This document shows positions 10,187-19,639 of a stretch of 63,198 nt of DNA, in pieces. The translations under genes and the position numbers were made by a program. Positions within the stretch are counted from its first letter, which is position 1. The number at the start of each line of letters is the position of its first letter. This stretch comes from Burkholderiales bacterium (GTDB taxonomy: Bacteria; Pseudomonadota; Gammaproteobacteria; Burkholderiales; SHXO01). Location: positions 1 through 63,198 of the forward strand of contig DATBMG010000032.1 in assembly GCA_036554965.1 (NCBI GenBank). The letters run 5' to 3'. The notes below the pieces were generated by a model. It did no database searches, was not told where the DNA came from, and saw nothing but the letters and a program-made list of their open reading frames with translations.

Positions 10187-10908
10187 CGCCGGATGCCGCG
10201 CGGCGCCTTCCACCCTCTGACCAGCAGCGCCGCGTACGCGACAGCGATCAGCGCGCTCATCGCGAACCACTGCAAGGCGTAGGCGCGGTGCATGTCCGCG
10301 CCGGCGTCCAATCGCGGCCACGCGCGCAGCAGGCCGTCGGCCGCGTCGTTGCGCTGCTGCAACACGACGGACTGCAGCACCATCTTGTGGGCGGCGGCGA
10401 AACGCTCCGGATCCAGGTTCTGCCATACCGCGCCGCTCACGGTCCGTGAGGACAGCTCCAGGTAGCGCTTGCTCGGTGGCAACGCGATCCCCTCGACGCG
10501 CAGCCAGCCGGCGGGGGTGACCACCGCCGGCAGCTCCTGCCGGGTGCGCGGGGCCTTCACCCAGCCGCGGTTCACCAGCACGTGCAGGTGGCCCGGCGCC
10601 AGCCGCAAGGGTGTGATGACCTCATAGCCAACCCGGCCCTCGCGCACCCGGTTGTCGAGCAGGATGGTGAACTCGGGCCGAAACTCGCCGTGCGCTTCCA
10701 CGCGCTGATACGCGAGCGTGTCGGCCGGCACCGGCTCCGACGGCAAGTGCACCGGCGGGCGCTGCTGCGCCAGATCCATGCGCTGCTGCAGCGCCAGCTT
10801 TTCGGCCGCGCGGTCTAGCTGCCAGCTGCCGAGCCAGGCGGTGACGGCCACGCCGACGGCCGCGGCGAGCGCCGGCAACAGGCGCGTGTTCGCAAAGGAG
10901 CGGCGCAT
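10183..10908 (-). CDS. SURF1 family cytochrome oxidase assembly protein
   Basis: 241 aa with a TM helix at each end and the WQLDR motif. Its stop overlaps the convergent coxQ-like stop by 4 nt. Confidence 0.85.
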   Translation of the reverse strand: MRRSFANTRLLPALAAAVGVAVTAWLGSWQLDRAAEKLALQQRMDLAQQRPPVHLPSEPVPADTLAYQRVEAHGEFRPEFTILLDNRVREGRVGYEVITPLRLAPGHLHVLVNRGWVKAPRTRQELPAVVTPAGWLRVEGIALPPSKRYLELSSRTVSGAVWQNLDPERFAAAHKMVLQSVVLQQRNDAADGLLRAWPRLDAGADMHRAYALQWFAMSALIAVAYAALLVRGWKAPRGIRR

Positions 10909-10936
10909 CCGCTAGACTCCGTTCGGGCGCAGCGCC

Positions 10937-11134
10937 ATGAGAGTCCTCGTCCTCCTGTTCCTCGCCGTGATCCTCGCCAGCCTCGGCTCGGCGCTGTACT
11001 ACATGATTCGCGACAAAGGGCATTCCCAGCGTACCGTGAGGGCCCTCACCGTGCGCATCGCGCTGTCGATCGCGCTGTTCGTCCTGCTGATAGTGGGCTA
11101 CGCCACCGGCATCATCCCGCGGGGCGGGCTTTGA
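10937..11134 (+). CDS. Twin-TM small protein (DUF2909 family)
   Basis: 65 aa, two TM helices, in the classic position between SURF1 and ctaE. Confidence 0.65.
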   Translation: MRVLVLLFLAVILASLGSALYYMIRDKGHSQRTVRALTVRIALSIALFVLLIVGYATGIIPRGGL

Positions 11135-11249
11135 TCGGCTGCAGGAAATAGCGGCGCTGCCCCTGCCGTCGTTGCCGTTCGCGATCGCTTGAGTGCGGTG
11201 CCTTGCCTGGTCCGCCTGCTGCGGGCCCTCCCGCACTCGAGCGGTCCCG

Positions 11250-12104
11250 TTACAACCAGTACACCAGGACGAACAACAGCAGCCAGACCACGTCCACGAA
11301 GTGCCAGTACCAGGAAACCGCCTCGAAGCCGAAGTGATGCTCGGGTTTGAAGTGGCCGCGCAGCGCGCGGAAGAAGATCACGATCAGCATGATCGTGCCG
11401 AGCGTGACGTGCAGGCCATGGAAGCCGGTGAGCAGGAAGAAGGTCGCGCCGTAGGCCCCGGTGCCGAGCGTCAGGCCGAGCTCGCTGTAGGCGTGCGCGT
11501 ACTCATAGGCTTGCAGCGCGAGGAACAGGCAGCCCAGCACGACGGTCAGGAACAAGCCGACCTTGAGCTGCCTGCGGTCGCCCAGCTTGAGCCCCCAGTG
11601 CGCCCAGGTCACGGTGGCGCCCGAGAACAGCAGGATCAGCGTGTTGATCGCCGGAATGCCCAAGGCCCCCATCGGGGTGAAGGGCTCGGTCAGGCCGGGA
11701 CCCGAGACCGGCCACCCGGCCTCGAAGTTCTGCCACAGCAGGGCTCCGGTGTCGCCTTCGCCGAGCCAGGGGACCGACAGCACGCGCATGTAGAACAGCG
11801 CGCCGAAGAAGGCGGCGAAGAACATCACTTCGGAGAAGATGAACCAGCCCATCGCCCAGCGGAAGGAGAGGTCCACCTGGCTGTTGAACTTGCCCGCCTC
11901 GCTCTCGCGGATGACCGTGCCGAACCAGCCGGACAGCATGTAGATCAGCAGGCCCGCGCCACCCGCCAGCGGCCACCAGCCGGAGACCGAGTCGTTCAAC
12001 AGCAGCACGGTGCCGAAGGCGATCAAGAACAGCGCGCTGGAACCGACCACCGGCCAATGCGACGGTGCCGGCACGTAGTAGCGGCTGGAATCGGTGCTCG
12101 CCAT
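11250..12104 (-). CDS. ctaE: Cytochrome c oxidase subunit III (aa3-type)
   Basis: 284 aa with motifs TGFHGLHV and SWYWHFVDVVW. Confidence 0.92.
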   Translation of the reverse strand: MASTDSSRYYVPAPSHWPVVGSSALFLIAFGTVLLLNDSVSGWWPLAGGAGLLIYMLSGWFGTVIRESEAGKFNSQVDLSFRWAMGWFIFSEVMFFAAFFGALFYMRVLSVPWLGEGDTGALLWQNFEAGWPVSGPGLTEPFTPMGALGIPAINTLILLFSGATVTWAHWGLKLGDRRQLKVGLFLTVVLGCLFLALQAYEYAHAYSELGLTLGTGAYGATFFLLTGFHGLHVTLGTIMLIVIFFRALRGHFKPEHHFGFEAVSWYWHFVDVVWLLLFVLVYWL

Positions 12105-12158
12105 GGTTGCCCCTCCTATCGCTGGGCTACTTCGGGGTGTTGGATCGGCCGCTGCCCG

Positions 12159-12434
12159 TCACACGATCAGGTTCACCAGCGTCACCAGGATGATCACAAA
12201 CAGGGCCGCGGCGATGACGCCCGCCACGATCACGTGGACCGGCTTCAGGCTCGCCAGGTCCCGATCACCCGCGCTTCTCCTGCGGATGCCGATGAACGCG
12301 CCGAGCACCGCCGATATCGCCCGCAGCGGCGAGGCCCTGCGGGTGCGCTGTTCCCGCGTCGACTGCGGGCTTTTCGGCATCGACCCGGCCGTGGTCACTT
12401 CTCCCACGCGCCTGTGCGAATCGAACGGCGCCAT
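12159..12434 (-). CDS. DUF2970 family small membrane protein
   Basis: C-terminal single TM helix (VIVAGVIAAALFVIILV), in the conserved position between ctaG and ctaE. Start uncertain; an internal MPKSPQS is possible. Confidence 0.6.
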   Translation of the reverse strand: MAPFDSHRRVGEVTTAGSMPKSPQSTREQRTRRASPLRAISAVLGAFIGIRRRSAGDRDLASLKPVHVIVAGVIAAALFVIILVTLVNLIV

Positions 12435-12438
12435 TGCG

Positions 12439-12993
12439 TCAGCTCGCTCCCGACCCTGCGCCCTGCGCCAGCTGAAAGAAGGTATAGGACAGCGTGATCA
12501 CGGTCACGTCGCGCGGCAGCTGCGGATCCACCACGAACTGCACCGGCATCTGCCGGGTCTCGTTGCCCTGCAACTCCTGCCGCGCGAAGCAGAAGCACTC
12601 GATCTTCTTGAGGTATTGCGCCGCCGCCTGCGGACCGTAGCTCGGGATGGCTTGCCCCAGCACCGGCGCGTCGCTGGTGTTGCGCACCTCGTAGAGCACC
12701 TGGATCACCTCCCCCGGGTGTGCACGCACGCTCTTCTGCAGCGGCCGGAACTCCCAGGGCAGTCCGCGCGTGTTGGCGTCGAACTCGATGGTGAGCAGAC
12801 GGCTCTCGTCGATCTGCGTGTTGCGCACCGCGTCGGGTCCGTCCAGGTTGTAGATGCCGGTGGTCTCGCAGATCTTCTCGTAGATCGGCACCAGTGCGAA
12901 ACCGAACGCGAACATTCCCGCCGCAACGACGACCAGCTTGCGCAGCAGTTGCCGGTTGGCGTGCGCCACAGTCATCGACCGGGTCGGGTTCAC
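12439..12993 (-). CDS. ctaG: Cytochrome c oxidase assembly protein CtaG/Cox11 (CuB insertion)
   Basis: 184 aa with an N-terminal TM helix and the CFCF copper motif (KKIECFCFARQ). GTG start overlaps the upstream stop (GTGA). Confidence 0.9.
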   Translation of the reverse strand: MNPTRSMTVAHANRQLLRKLVVVAAGMFAFGFALVPIYEKICETTGIYNLDGPDAVRNTQIDESRLLTIEFDANTRGLPWEFRPLQKSVRAHPGEVIQVLYEVRNTSDAPVLGQAIPSYGPQAAAQYLKKIECFCFARQELQGNETRQMPVQFVVDPQLPRDVTVITLSYTFFQLAQGAGSGAS

Positions 12994-13124
12994 TGGTACA
13001 GGCGCCGCAGCAGGAAGCCGAGGAGGAAAGCCGCCGCGATCGACGCCAGGATCAACGCGGTGCGTAGGTTTCGCGCGCGGACCCTGTCGCCGTCGCTCCG
13101 CATCGTGCCCGCCATCTGTCTCAT
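12990..13124 (-). CDS. Small single-TM protein between ctaD and ctaG (possible cytochrome oxidase small assembly protein)
   Basis: 44 codons (MRQMAGTMRSDGDRVRARNLRTALILASIAAAFLLGFLLRRLYQ*), translationally coupled to ctaG. Called from position and TM character only. Confidence 0.45.
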   Translation of the reverse strand: MRQMAGTMRSDGDRVRARNLRTALILASIAAAFLLGFLLRRLYQ

Positions 13125-13138
13125 CTCAGTCGCGCCTA

Positions 13139-14722
13139 TCAACGGATGAGCGGAGGCGTCTCGAAGCTGTGGTAGGGAGGCGGCGATGGCAGCGCGGTCC
13201 ACTCCAGGCTGTCGGCGCCTTCCCACGGCCTCTGCGCGGCCTTCTTGCCGCTGCGGATGGTCTTCAGCACGATGTACAGGAACAGCAGCTGCGACACTCC
13301 GAAGCCGAAGGCGCCGATGCTCGAGATCGCGTTGAACTCGACGAACTGCAGCGCGTAGTCGGGAATGCGCCGCGGCATGCCAGCGAGCCCGGAGAAGTGC
13401 TGCACGAAAAAGGTCACGTTGAAGAACACGAACGACAGCCAGAAGTGCAGCTTGCCGAGCGTCTCGTCGTACATCCTGCCGGTCCACTTGGGCAGCCAGA
13501 AGTAGATGCCGCCGAAGGCCGAGAACAGGGCGCCTGCCACCATCACGTAGTGGAAGTGCGCGACCACGTAATAGGTGTCGTGCAGCTGCACGTCCAGCGG
13601 GGCGATCGACAGCACCAGGCCGGTGAAGCCGCCCAGGGTGAACAGGAACAGGAAGCCGATGGCGAACAGCATCGGCGTCTCGAAGCTGAGCGAGCCCTTC
13701 CACATGGTCGCCACCCAGTTGAACACCTTCACTCCGGTCGGGACCGCGATCAGCATGGTGGCGAACATGAAATAGAGCTGCGCCTGCACCGGCATGCCCA
13801 CCGTGTACATGTGGTGCGCCCACACCAGGAACGACAGGATGGCGATAGAGGCGGTGGCGTACACCATCGAAGCGTAGCCGAACAACGGCTTGCGCGAGAA
13901 CGCCGGCACGATCTGCGAGATCACGCCGAAGGCCGGGATGGCGATGATGTAGACCTCCGGGTGGCCGAAGAACCAGAAGATGTGCTGGAACAGCACCGGG
14001 TCGCCGCCACCCGCGGGGTTGAAGAAGTGCGTGCCCAGATGACGGTCGGTGAGCAGCATGGTGACGGCGCCGGCGAGCACCGGCATCACCGCGATCAGCA
14101 GGTAGGCGGTGATCAGCCAGGTCCAGCAGAACATCGGCATCCGCATCAGCGTCATGCCGGGGGCGCGCATGTTCAGCAGCGTGGTGATGATGTTGATCTA
14201 GCCCATGATCGAGGACACGCCCAGAATGTGCACCGCGAAGATGGTCAGGTCCATGCTCAGGCCCTGCTGAACGGTGAGCGGGGGGTAGAGCGTCCAGCCC
14301 ACGCCGGCGCCGCCGCCCGGGGCGAACTGGGCCAGGATCAGCAGCAGGGCGGCCGGCGGCAGCAGCCAGAAGCTCCAGTTGTTGAGCCGCGGAAAGGCCA
14401 TGTCCGGCGCGCCGATCTGCATCGGGATCAGCCAGTTGGCGAACCCCACGAAGGCCGGCATGATGGCCCCGAAGACCATGACCAGCCCGTGATAGGTGGT
14501 CATGCTGTTGAAGAACTCGGGCTCGGTGACCTGCAAGCCGGGCTCGAACAGCTCGGCGCGGATCACCAGGGCCATGACCCCCCCGAGGATGAACATCGAG
14601 AACGAGAACCACAAGTACATCGTGCCGATGTCTTTGTGGTTGGTGGTGGTGAGCCAGCGCATCAGCCCGGAAGGGGCGTGATCGTGCCCGTGGTCGTGCG
14701 CGTAGCCGTGTGCCGCTTCCAT
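13139..14722 (-). pseudogene. ctaD: Cytochrome c oxidase subunit I (aa3-type CtaD) interrupted by an in-frame TAG at 14198-14200
   Basis: ORFs 14198-14722 and 13139-14170 are in the same frame. Together they read ...[28 protein letters not shown]..., so the stop sits at the conserved Ala of the GAINFITT motif. The rest is intact (GHPEVY, WAHHMY, VAHFHY). Confidence 0.85.
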
Positions 14723-14783
14723 CTGTCGCTTCTCCCGCTCGCCTTGCGTTTCTCGGACCTCGTCGGCCGGCGCCTCGCGCCGG

Positions 14784-15839
14784 CTACCTCGACTGCGCCA
14801 CCATGTACGCGACGGCCGCCCTCACCTGCTGGTCCGACAGTCCGGGATTGCCGCCCTTGGGCGGCATCATGCGGATCCCCTTGAGCGCGTTCTGCATCAG
14901 CGTCGCTTCGCCGCGCGCGATGCGCGGCGCCCAGGCTGCTTTGTCGCCGGTCCTTGGCGCGCCGGCCAGTCCGGCCGCGTGGCACGCCTGACAGATCTGC
15001 TCATATGTGCCCTTGCCGTCGGCCGGCTCCGCGGCGGCCGCTGCGTCCCCGACAACTGCAGCCTGCATGGACTTCTGCTCCGCCACCCACTGGTCGAACT
15101 CGCGCTGGGTCACGGCGCGCACCACGATGGGCATGAAGGCGTGCTCCTTGCCGCACAGCTCGGCGCACTGGCCGCGGTAGACGCCGGGCTCCTCGGCACG
15201 GAACCAAGCGTCGCGCACGAAGCCGGGAATCGCATCCTGCTTCACCGCCAGCGCGGGTACGTACCAGGCGTGCAGGACGTCGGCCGCGGTGGTCAGGATG
15301 CGCACCTTCTTGCGCACCGGCACCACCAGCTCGCGGTCCACCTCGAGCAGATAGTGCTCGCCCTTGGGCTCACGGTTGTCGATCTGGGCGCGCGGGGTGG
15401 CGAGGTTGCTGTAGAAGCTCACCCCTTCCTGCAGATAGTCGTAATGCCACTTCCACTGGTAGCCGGTGGCCTTGATGGTTAGGTCGGGGGCCGAGGCGTC
15501 GCGCTGATCGAGCAGCGTCTTGGTGGCGGGCCAGGCCATGCCGAGCAGGATCAAGAAGGGGATCACCGTCCAGATCATCTCGACGGTGGTGTTCTCGTGG
15601 AACAGCGCCGCCTGGTGCCCGACCGACTTGCGGTGCCTCCAGATGGCGTAGAACATCGCGCCGAACACCGCGACGAAGATCACCAGACAGATCAGCACGA
15701 CGGCGTTGTGCAGATCGTAGATGGCGTGACCGACCGCGGTCTTCTGGTCCTGCAGCCCGAGCCTCCACTCCCCCGAGGCGAGGCCCGCCCACAGCGACAG
15801 CAGCGCGCCCGCCAGAGCGTGGGCGGCTTTTCTAGTCAT
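14784..15839 (-). CDS. ctaC: Cytochrome c oxidase subunit II with a C-terminal monoheme cytochrome c
   Basis: 351 aa with a signal peptide, two TM helices, CuA site CAELCGKEHAFM and one CQACH motif. Start at MTRKAAHAL (ATG 15837-15839). Confidence 0.92.
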   Translation of the reverse strand: MTRKAAHALAGALLSLWAGLASGEWRLGLQDQKTAVGHAIYDLHNAVVLICLVIFVAVFGAMFYAIWRHRKSVGHQAALFHENTTVEMIWTVIPFLILLGMAWPATKTLLDQRDASAPDLTIKATGYQWKWHYDYLQEGVSFYSNLATPRAQIDNREPKGEHYLLEVDRELVVPVRKKVRILTTAADVLHAWYVPALAVKQDAIPGFVRDAWFRAEEPGVYRGQCAELCGKEHAFMPIVVRAVTQREFDQWVAEQKSMQAAVVGDAAAAAEPADGKGTYEQICQACHAAGLAGAPRTGDKAAWAPRIARGEATLMQNALKGIRMMPPKGGNPGLSDQQVRAAVAYMVAQSR

Positions 15840-15985
15840 GGTTTGGGGATTGTTCCTGCGCGCAACCGGCAGATGGCTCTGCGGCTCCGCGACATCGGCA
15901 AGTTGCATTGCTTCCCAGGCCCCGATCGCTCCCGGGATCGAGCGGGTCCTCCTCGTGGGCCGGCAATTTAGCATAGCGGCGAGGA

Positions 15986-16867
15986 TCAAGGCAAGGCGCG
16001 CGGCTGCACGCGGATCACCGCGCGCCCGTCTTCGGTCACGCGCGGTCCCTGCTGCGGCTTCCACGCGTGGCCGTACACGATCTCGAAGGTCACCGGGAGG
16101 CGTCCCTCGCGCCGCTGCGGCTCGTAGCCCTGTTCCAGCTGGCGCAGCCAGCCGCGGCCGCGCAGCCCCGCGTCGCCGGCGCTTGCGGCGTTGCTGCAGC
16201 CGCTGGCGCGCAGCTCGCGCGCCAGCGCGGCAAAGTCGGAGAACGTGAGCGTCATGCGCTCCATGTCCATGACCGGATCGGCATAGCCCGCCCGCACCAG
16301 CAGATCGCCGGTATCGTGCATGTCGGCGAAAGCATGCACCCTGGCGGCCCCGCGATGCGCGGTGCGCAGCTCGCGCAGCGTGTCCGGGCCGAGCGTGCTG
16401 AACATCAGCAGCCCACCGCGCGTGAGCACCCGCAACCACTCGCGCAACGCCCGCTCCGGCCGCGCGGCCCATTCCAGGGCGAAGTTGGAGCAGATCAGGT
16501 CCACGCAGGCGGCGCGCAGCGGCAGGCGCTCGAAATCGCCGCACACGGACCACAGCGGGCGCCCGCGCCCCGTCAGACGCGACCACCATGAGCGCGGCGC
16601 CCGGCCGCGGCGCAGCATCGCGAGCGAGAAGTCGAGCGCCACGACGCGCGCGCCGGGATAGCGGGCCGCGAGCGCGCGCGCCATGTGACCGGTGCCGCTG
16701 CCCGCGTCGAGGATGGTGCGCGGCTGCAACTTGACCAGTTCGAGCCGCTCGAGCAGGCGCGCGCAGATCTCGCGCTGGAGCACGGCGGCGCTGTCGTACG
16801 TGGCGGCGGCGCGCTCGAAATGCAGCCGTGCGCGGCGCTTGCTGATGCCGGGTGGTGGTGGATCCAT
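15986..16867 (-). CDS. bioC: Malonyl-ACP O-methyltransferase BioC-like class I SAM methyltransferase
   Basis: 293 aa with FERAAATYDSAAVLQREI and the LDAGSGTG motif, divergent from comF as in many proteobacteria. Confidence 0.75.
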   Translation of the reverse strand: MDPPPPGISKRRARLHFERAAATYDSAAVLQREICARLLERLELVKLQPRTILDAGSGTGHMARALAARYPGARVVALDFSLAMLRRGRAPRSWWSRLTGRGRPLWSVCGDFERLPLRAACVDLICSNFALEWAARPERALREWLRVLTRGGLLMFSTLGPDTLRELRTAHRGAARVHAFADMHDTGDLLVRAGYADPVMDMERMTLTFSDFAALARELRASGCSNAASAGDAGLRGRGWLRQLEQGYEPQRREGRLPVTFEIVYGHAWKPQQGPRVTEDGRAVIRVQPRALP

Positions 16868-16939
16868 GGCAGGTGCTGCGGCTTTCGGGTTTATGCTTGA
16901 GCCTGCGTCCAGCGTCAATAGAGCGCTCGCCCTGCCCAC

Positions 16940-17641
16940 ATGGCTTCCCATCCGCTGCTGTCGGCCGCACTGCGCGCGCTGTTGCCCGAGCGCTGCGTGT
17001 TCTGCGGCGCCCGCGCACAGGCCGGAGAAGTCTGCGGCGATTGCCTGCGGGATCTGCCGGGCCGCGGCCGCGAGCGCTGTCGCGTGTGCGCGATTCCCAT
17101 CGCCGGCGCGCAGGTATGCGGCCACTGCCTGCGCGATCCGCCGTCCTATTCGCACAGCGTCGCCGCGGCGGACTACCGTTTTCCGCTGGACGCGGCCATC
17201 GCCAGGCTCAAGTACGGACCGGACCTGAGTCTGCTCGCGCCGCTTGCCCATCTGCTGGCGCGCGCCGTGCGCGACCAGCCGGCGCCCGATATGCTCATCC
17301 CGATGCCGCTGTCGGCCGCCGGCCTGCGCGCGCGCGGCTTCAATCAGGCCGCCGAGCTGGCGCGCTTGGTCGCGCGCGAAGTCCGAGCACCGCTGTCGCT
17401 CACCGCGGCGACGCGCTGCAAGGACACGGCGCCGCAGGCCTCGCTGCCGTTCGATCGGCGTGCGGGCAACGTGCATGGCGTCTTCGCCTGCGGGGCACCG
17501 GTAGCCGGGTTGCGGGTAGCGCTGCTCGACGACGTGATGACCACCGGCGCGACCGTGGAGGAGCTGGCGCGCACACTGCGGCGGGCGGGCGCGGCGGACG
17601 TCGGCGTGTGGGTGCTCGCCCGCACGCCGCGGCCGGATTGA
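16940..17641 (+). CDS. comF: ComF family protein (phosphoribosyltransferase domain)
   Basis: N-terminal double CxxC zinc finger (CVFCG...CGDC; CRVC...CGHC) and a C-terminal PRTase motif (LLDDVMTTGAT). Confidence 0.85.
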   Translation: MASHPLLSAALRALLPERCVFCGARAQAGEVCGDCLRDLPGRGRERCRVCAIPIAGAQVCGHCLRDPPSYSHSVAAADYRFPLDAAIARLKYGPDLSLLAPLAHLLARAVRDQPAPDMLIPMPLSAAGLRARGFNQAAELARLVAREVRAPLSLTAATRCKDTAPQASLPFDRRAGNVHGVFACGAPVAGLRVALLDDVMTTGATVEELARTLRRAGAADVGVWVLARTPRPD

Positions 17642-17667
17642 GAGAGAGAGGACCGACACCCAGCCCT

Positions 17668-18135
17668 ATGTTCGAGGTGGTGCTGTACCAGCCGGAGATC
17701 CCACCCAACACCGGCAACGCGATCCGCCTGTGCGCCAACACCGGCTGCCGCCTGCACCTGGTGGCGCCGCTCGGCTTTCGCATGGACGACCGTGAGCTGC
17801 GGCGCGCGGGGCTGGACTACCACGAGTACGCCCAGGTACAGGTTCACGCCGACTGGCCGGGGCTGCTGGCGGCGCTGGCGGGCAGGCGCTTGTTCGCCTT
17901 CAGCACGAGGGCGCAGGCGCGCTTCGACCAGGTGGCGTTCCGGCTCGGCGACGCGTTCGTGTTCGGTCCCGAGACGCGCGGGCTGCCGGCATCGGTCCTG
18001 GAAGGATTCGCGCCCGAACGGCGCATGCGCCTGCCGATGGTGCCCGGCAGCCGCAGCCTCAACCTGTCGAACGCGGTGGCGGTGGTGGTGTACGAGGCGT
18101 GGCGGCAGAACGGGTTCGGAGGATTTGGCGGGTAG
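17668..18135 (+). CDS. trmL: tRNA (cytidine/uridine-2'-O)-methyltransferase TrmL (SpoU family)
   Basis: 155 aa with LYQPEIPPNTGNAIR, GPETRG and SLNLSNAVAV. Confidence 0.9.
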   Translation: MFEVVLYQPEIPPNTGNAIRLCANTGCRLHLVAPLGFRMDDRELRRAGLDYHEYAQVQVHADWPGLLAALAGRRLFAFSTRAQARFDQVAFRLGDAFVFGPETRGLPASVLEGFAPERRMRLPMVPGSRSLNLSNAVAVVVYEAWRQNGFGGFGG

Positions 18136-18188
18136 GAGGCTACACTCTTTGCACGCGCCCAGTGCCGACCGTCGCCCGTTCAAGGCCG

Positions 18189-19178
18189 TCAGCCCCTTTC
18201 CTGCCTGGGCTCCCGGGCGAGCAGCATCTCCACGGCAGCGGCGGGCGCGAGGTCCTCGTGCAGCACCCGGCACACCGCGTCGGAAATCGGCATGTCCACA
18301 CCCATGTGCCCGGCCAGGTTGCGCACCTCACGCGCCGTGTAGACCCCCTCCGCCACGTGCCCCAAGTCGGTCAGGATCGCCGACAGCGGTCTGCCGCTCG
18401 CCAGTTGCAAGCCCACCTGCCGATTGCGCGACAGACTGCCGGTACAGGTCAGGATCAGGTCTCCCACCCCGGCCAGGCCCATGAAGGTCTCCAGCCGTCC
18501 GCCCAGGCGCAGCCCCAGGCGCGTGACCTCGGCCAGACCGCGGGTGATCAGCGCCGCGCGCGCGCTCTCGCCGAACCCCAGGCCGTCGCAGATGCCGGCA
18601 CCGATGGCGATCACGTTCTTCACCGCGCCGCCGACCTCGACGCCCGCGATATCGTCGCTGGAGTAGATGCGCAGCCGAGCGCCGTGCAGCTCGCGCGCCA
18701 TGGCGGTCGCGAACCCGAGGTCGGAGGCCGCCAGTGTGACGGCGGCGGGAATGCCGCGCGCGACCTCCTGCGCGAAGCTGGGGCCGGACAGCACGCCGCG
18801 TGCGACGTCCGGCGACAGCTCCTCCGCAGCGACCTGATGCGGGAGCTGCGCGGTTTCGGCCTCGAAGCCCTTGCACAGCCAGATCGCGGGGATCGGGCGG
18901 TGCGCGGCCGCGATCAGCTTGAGCGTGGGTCGCAGGCCCGCCACCGTCGTGCCGACGATGGCCAGGTCGCACTGCGTCAGCGCGCGCATCGCATCGGGCT
19001 CGGGACGCAGCCCGGCCGGGAAGGCGAAGCCCGGCAAGTAGCGCCGGTTGCTGCGCTCACGGTCGAGGTCTTCGCAGTGCCCGCGATCGCGCGCCCACAA
19101 CGCCACTTCGTGGCGTGCGCACAGAGTGATCGCCAGCGCGGTGCCCCAGGCGCCCGCGCCGAGCACGGCGATCTTCAT
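18189..19178 (-). CDS. gpsA: NAD(P)H-dependent glycerol-3-phosphate dehydrogenase
   Basis: 329 aa with MKIAVLGAGAWGTALA and GVKNVIAIGAG. ATGA overlap with the upstream gene. Confidence 0.92.
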   Translation of the reverse strand: MKIAVLGAGAWGTALAITLCARHEVALWARDRGHCEDLDRERSNRRYLPGFAFPAGLRPEPDAMRALTQCDLAIVGTTVAGLRPTLKLIAAAHRPIPAIWLCKGFEAETAQLPHQVAAEELSPDVARGVLSGPSFAQEVARGIPAAVTLAASDLGFATAMARELHGARLRIYSSDDIAGVEVGGAVKNVIAIGAGICDGLGFGESARAALITRGLAEVTRLGLRLGGRLETFMGLAGVGDLILTCTGSLSRNRQVGLQLASGRPLSAILTDLGHVAEGVYTAREVRNLAGHMGVDMPISDAVCRVLHEDLAPAAAVEMLLAREPRQERG

Positions 19179-19639
19179 AGCCCCCAGACTTGCGTCACGC
19201 GCACGTAGCCGGTGGCGCCGTCGGTGTGACGCACCCTGGCGTAGTTGCCGTCCATCTCGATCAGCTCGAACACCACATCCTGCTCGGCGTAGAACAGGAT
19301 CTCGGCGGTCTCGTCCGCGCTCTGCCGTACCTCGGCGCGCGGCACCCGTACCATCACCGTGCGCTTGTCGGCCAGATTGCGGGCCTCGATCCACGCCAGC
19401 TCGCCGCTGGCGTCGCGCACCTTGATCCAGCCCTCGATGCTGACCAGCACCTCGACCGGATAGTCACGCCCGAGGAGAAACAGCTTGCGCGCCTTGGCCG
19501 ACGGCGCGTCGTACAGGATGGCCGCCTCCACGGCGACCGAGCGGAAGTCGATCGCCGCCGCGCCGCCTGATGCAGCGACGCAGACCAGGGCGAGCAGCGC
19601 CTGGACCGGACGAAATGTGGCGCGATGCGACACGCGCAT
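19175..19639 (-). CDS. Secreted SH3 domain-containing protein
   Basis: 154 aa with a signal peptide and two SH3b-like segments, in the conserved secB-gpsA neighbourhood. Confidence 0.7.
   Translation of the reverse strand: MRVSHRATFRPVQALLALVCVAASGGAAAIDFRSVAVEAAILYDAPSAKARKLFLLGRDYPVEVLVSIEGWIKVRDASGELAWIEARNLADKRTVMVRVPRAEVRQSADETAEILFYAEQDVVFELIEMDGNYARVRHTDGATGYVRVTQVWGL

Noticed and set aside
14198-14200. The TAG in ctaD read as programmed recoding (pyrrolysine, selenocysteine or read-through).
   Set aside because: Selenocysteine uses UGA with a SECIS element. No pyl genes or other recoding context is visible, and the position normally holds a plain conserved Ala. Pseudogene or sequence error is more parsimonious, although it cannot be excluded without reads or proteomics.
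14784-17018. A 744-aa ORF that would extend ctaC far upstream across the bioC region.
   Set aside because: Only the C-terminal 351 residues look like subunit II. The extension is low-complexity, overlaps bioC in another frame, and the internal ATG at 15839 gives a normal signal peptide.
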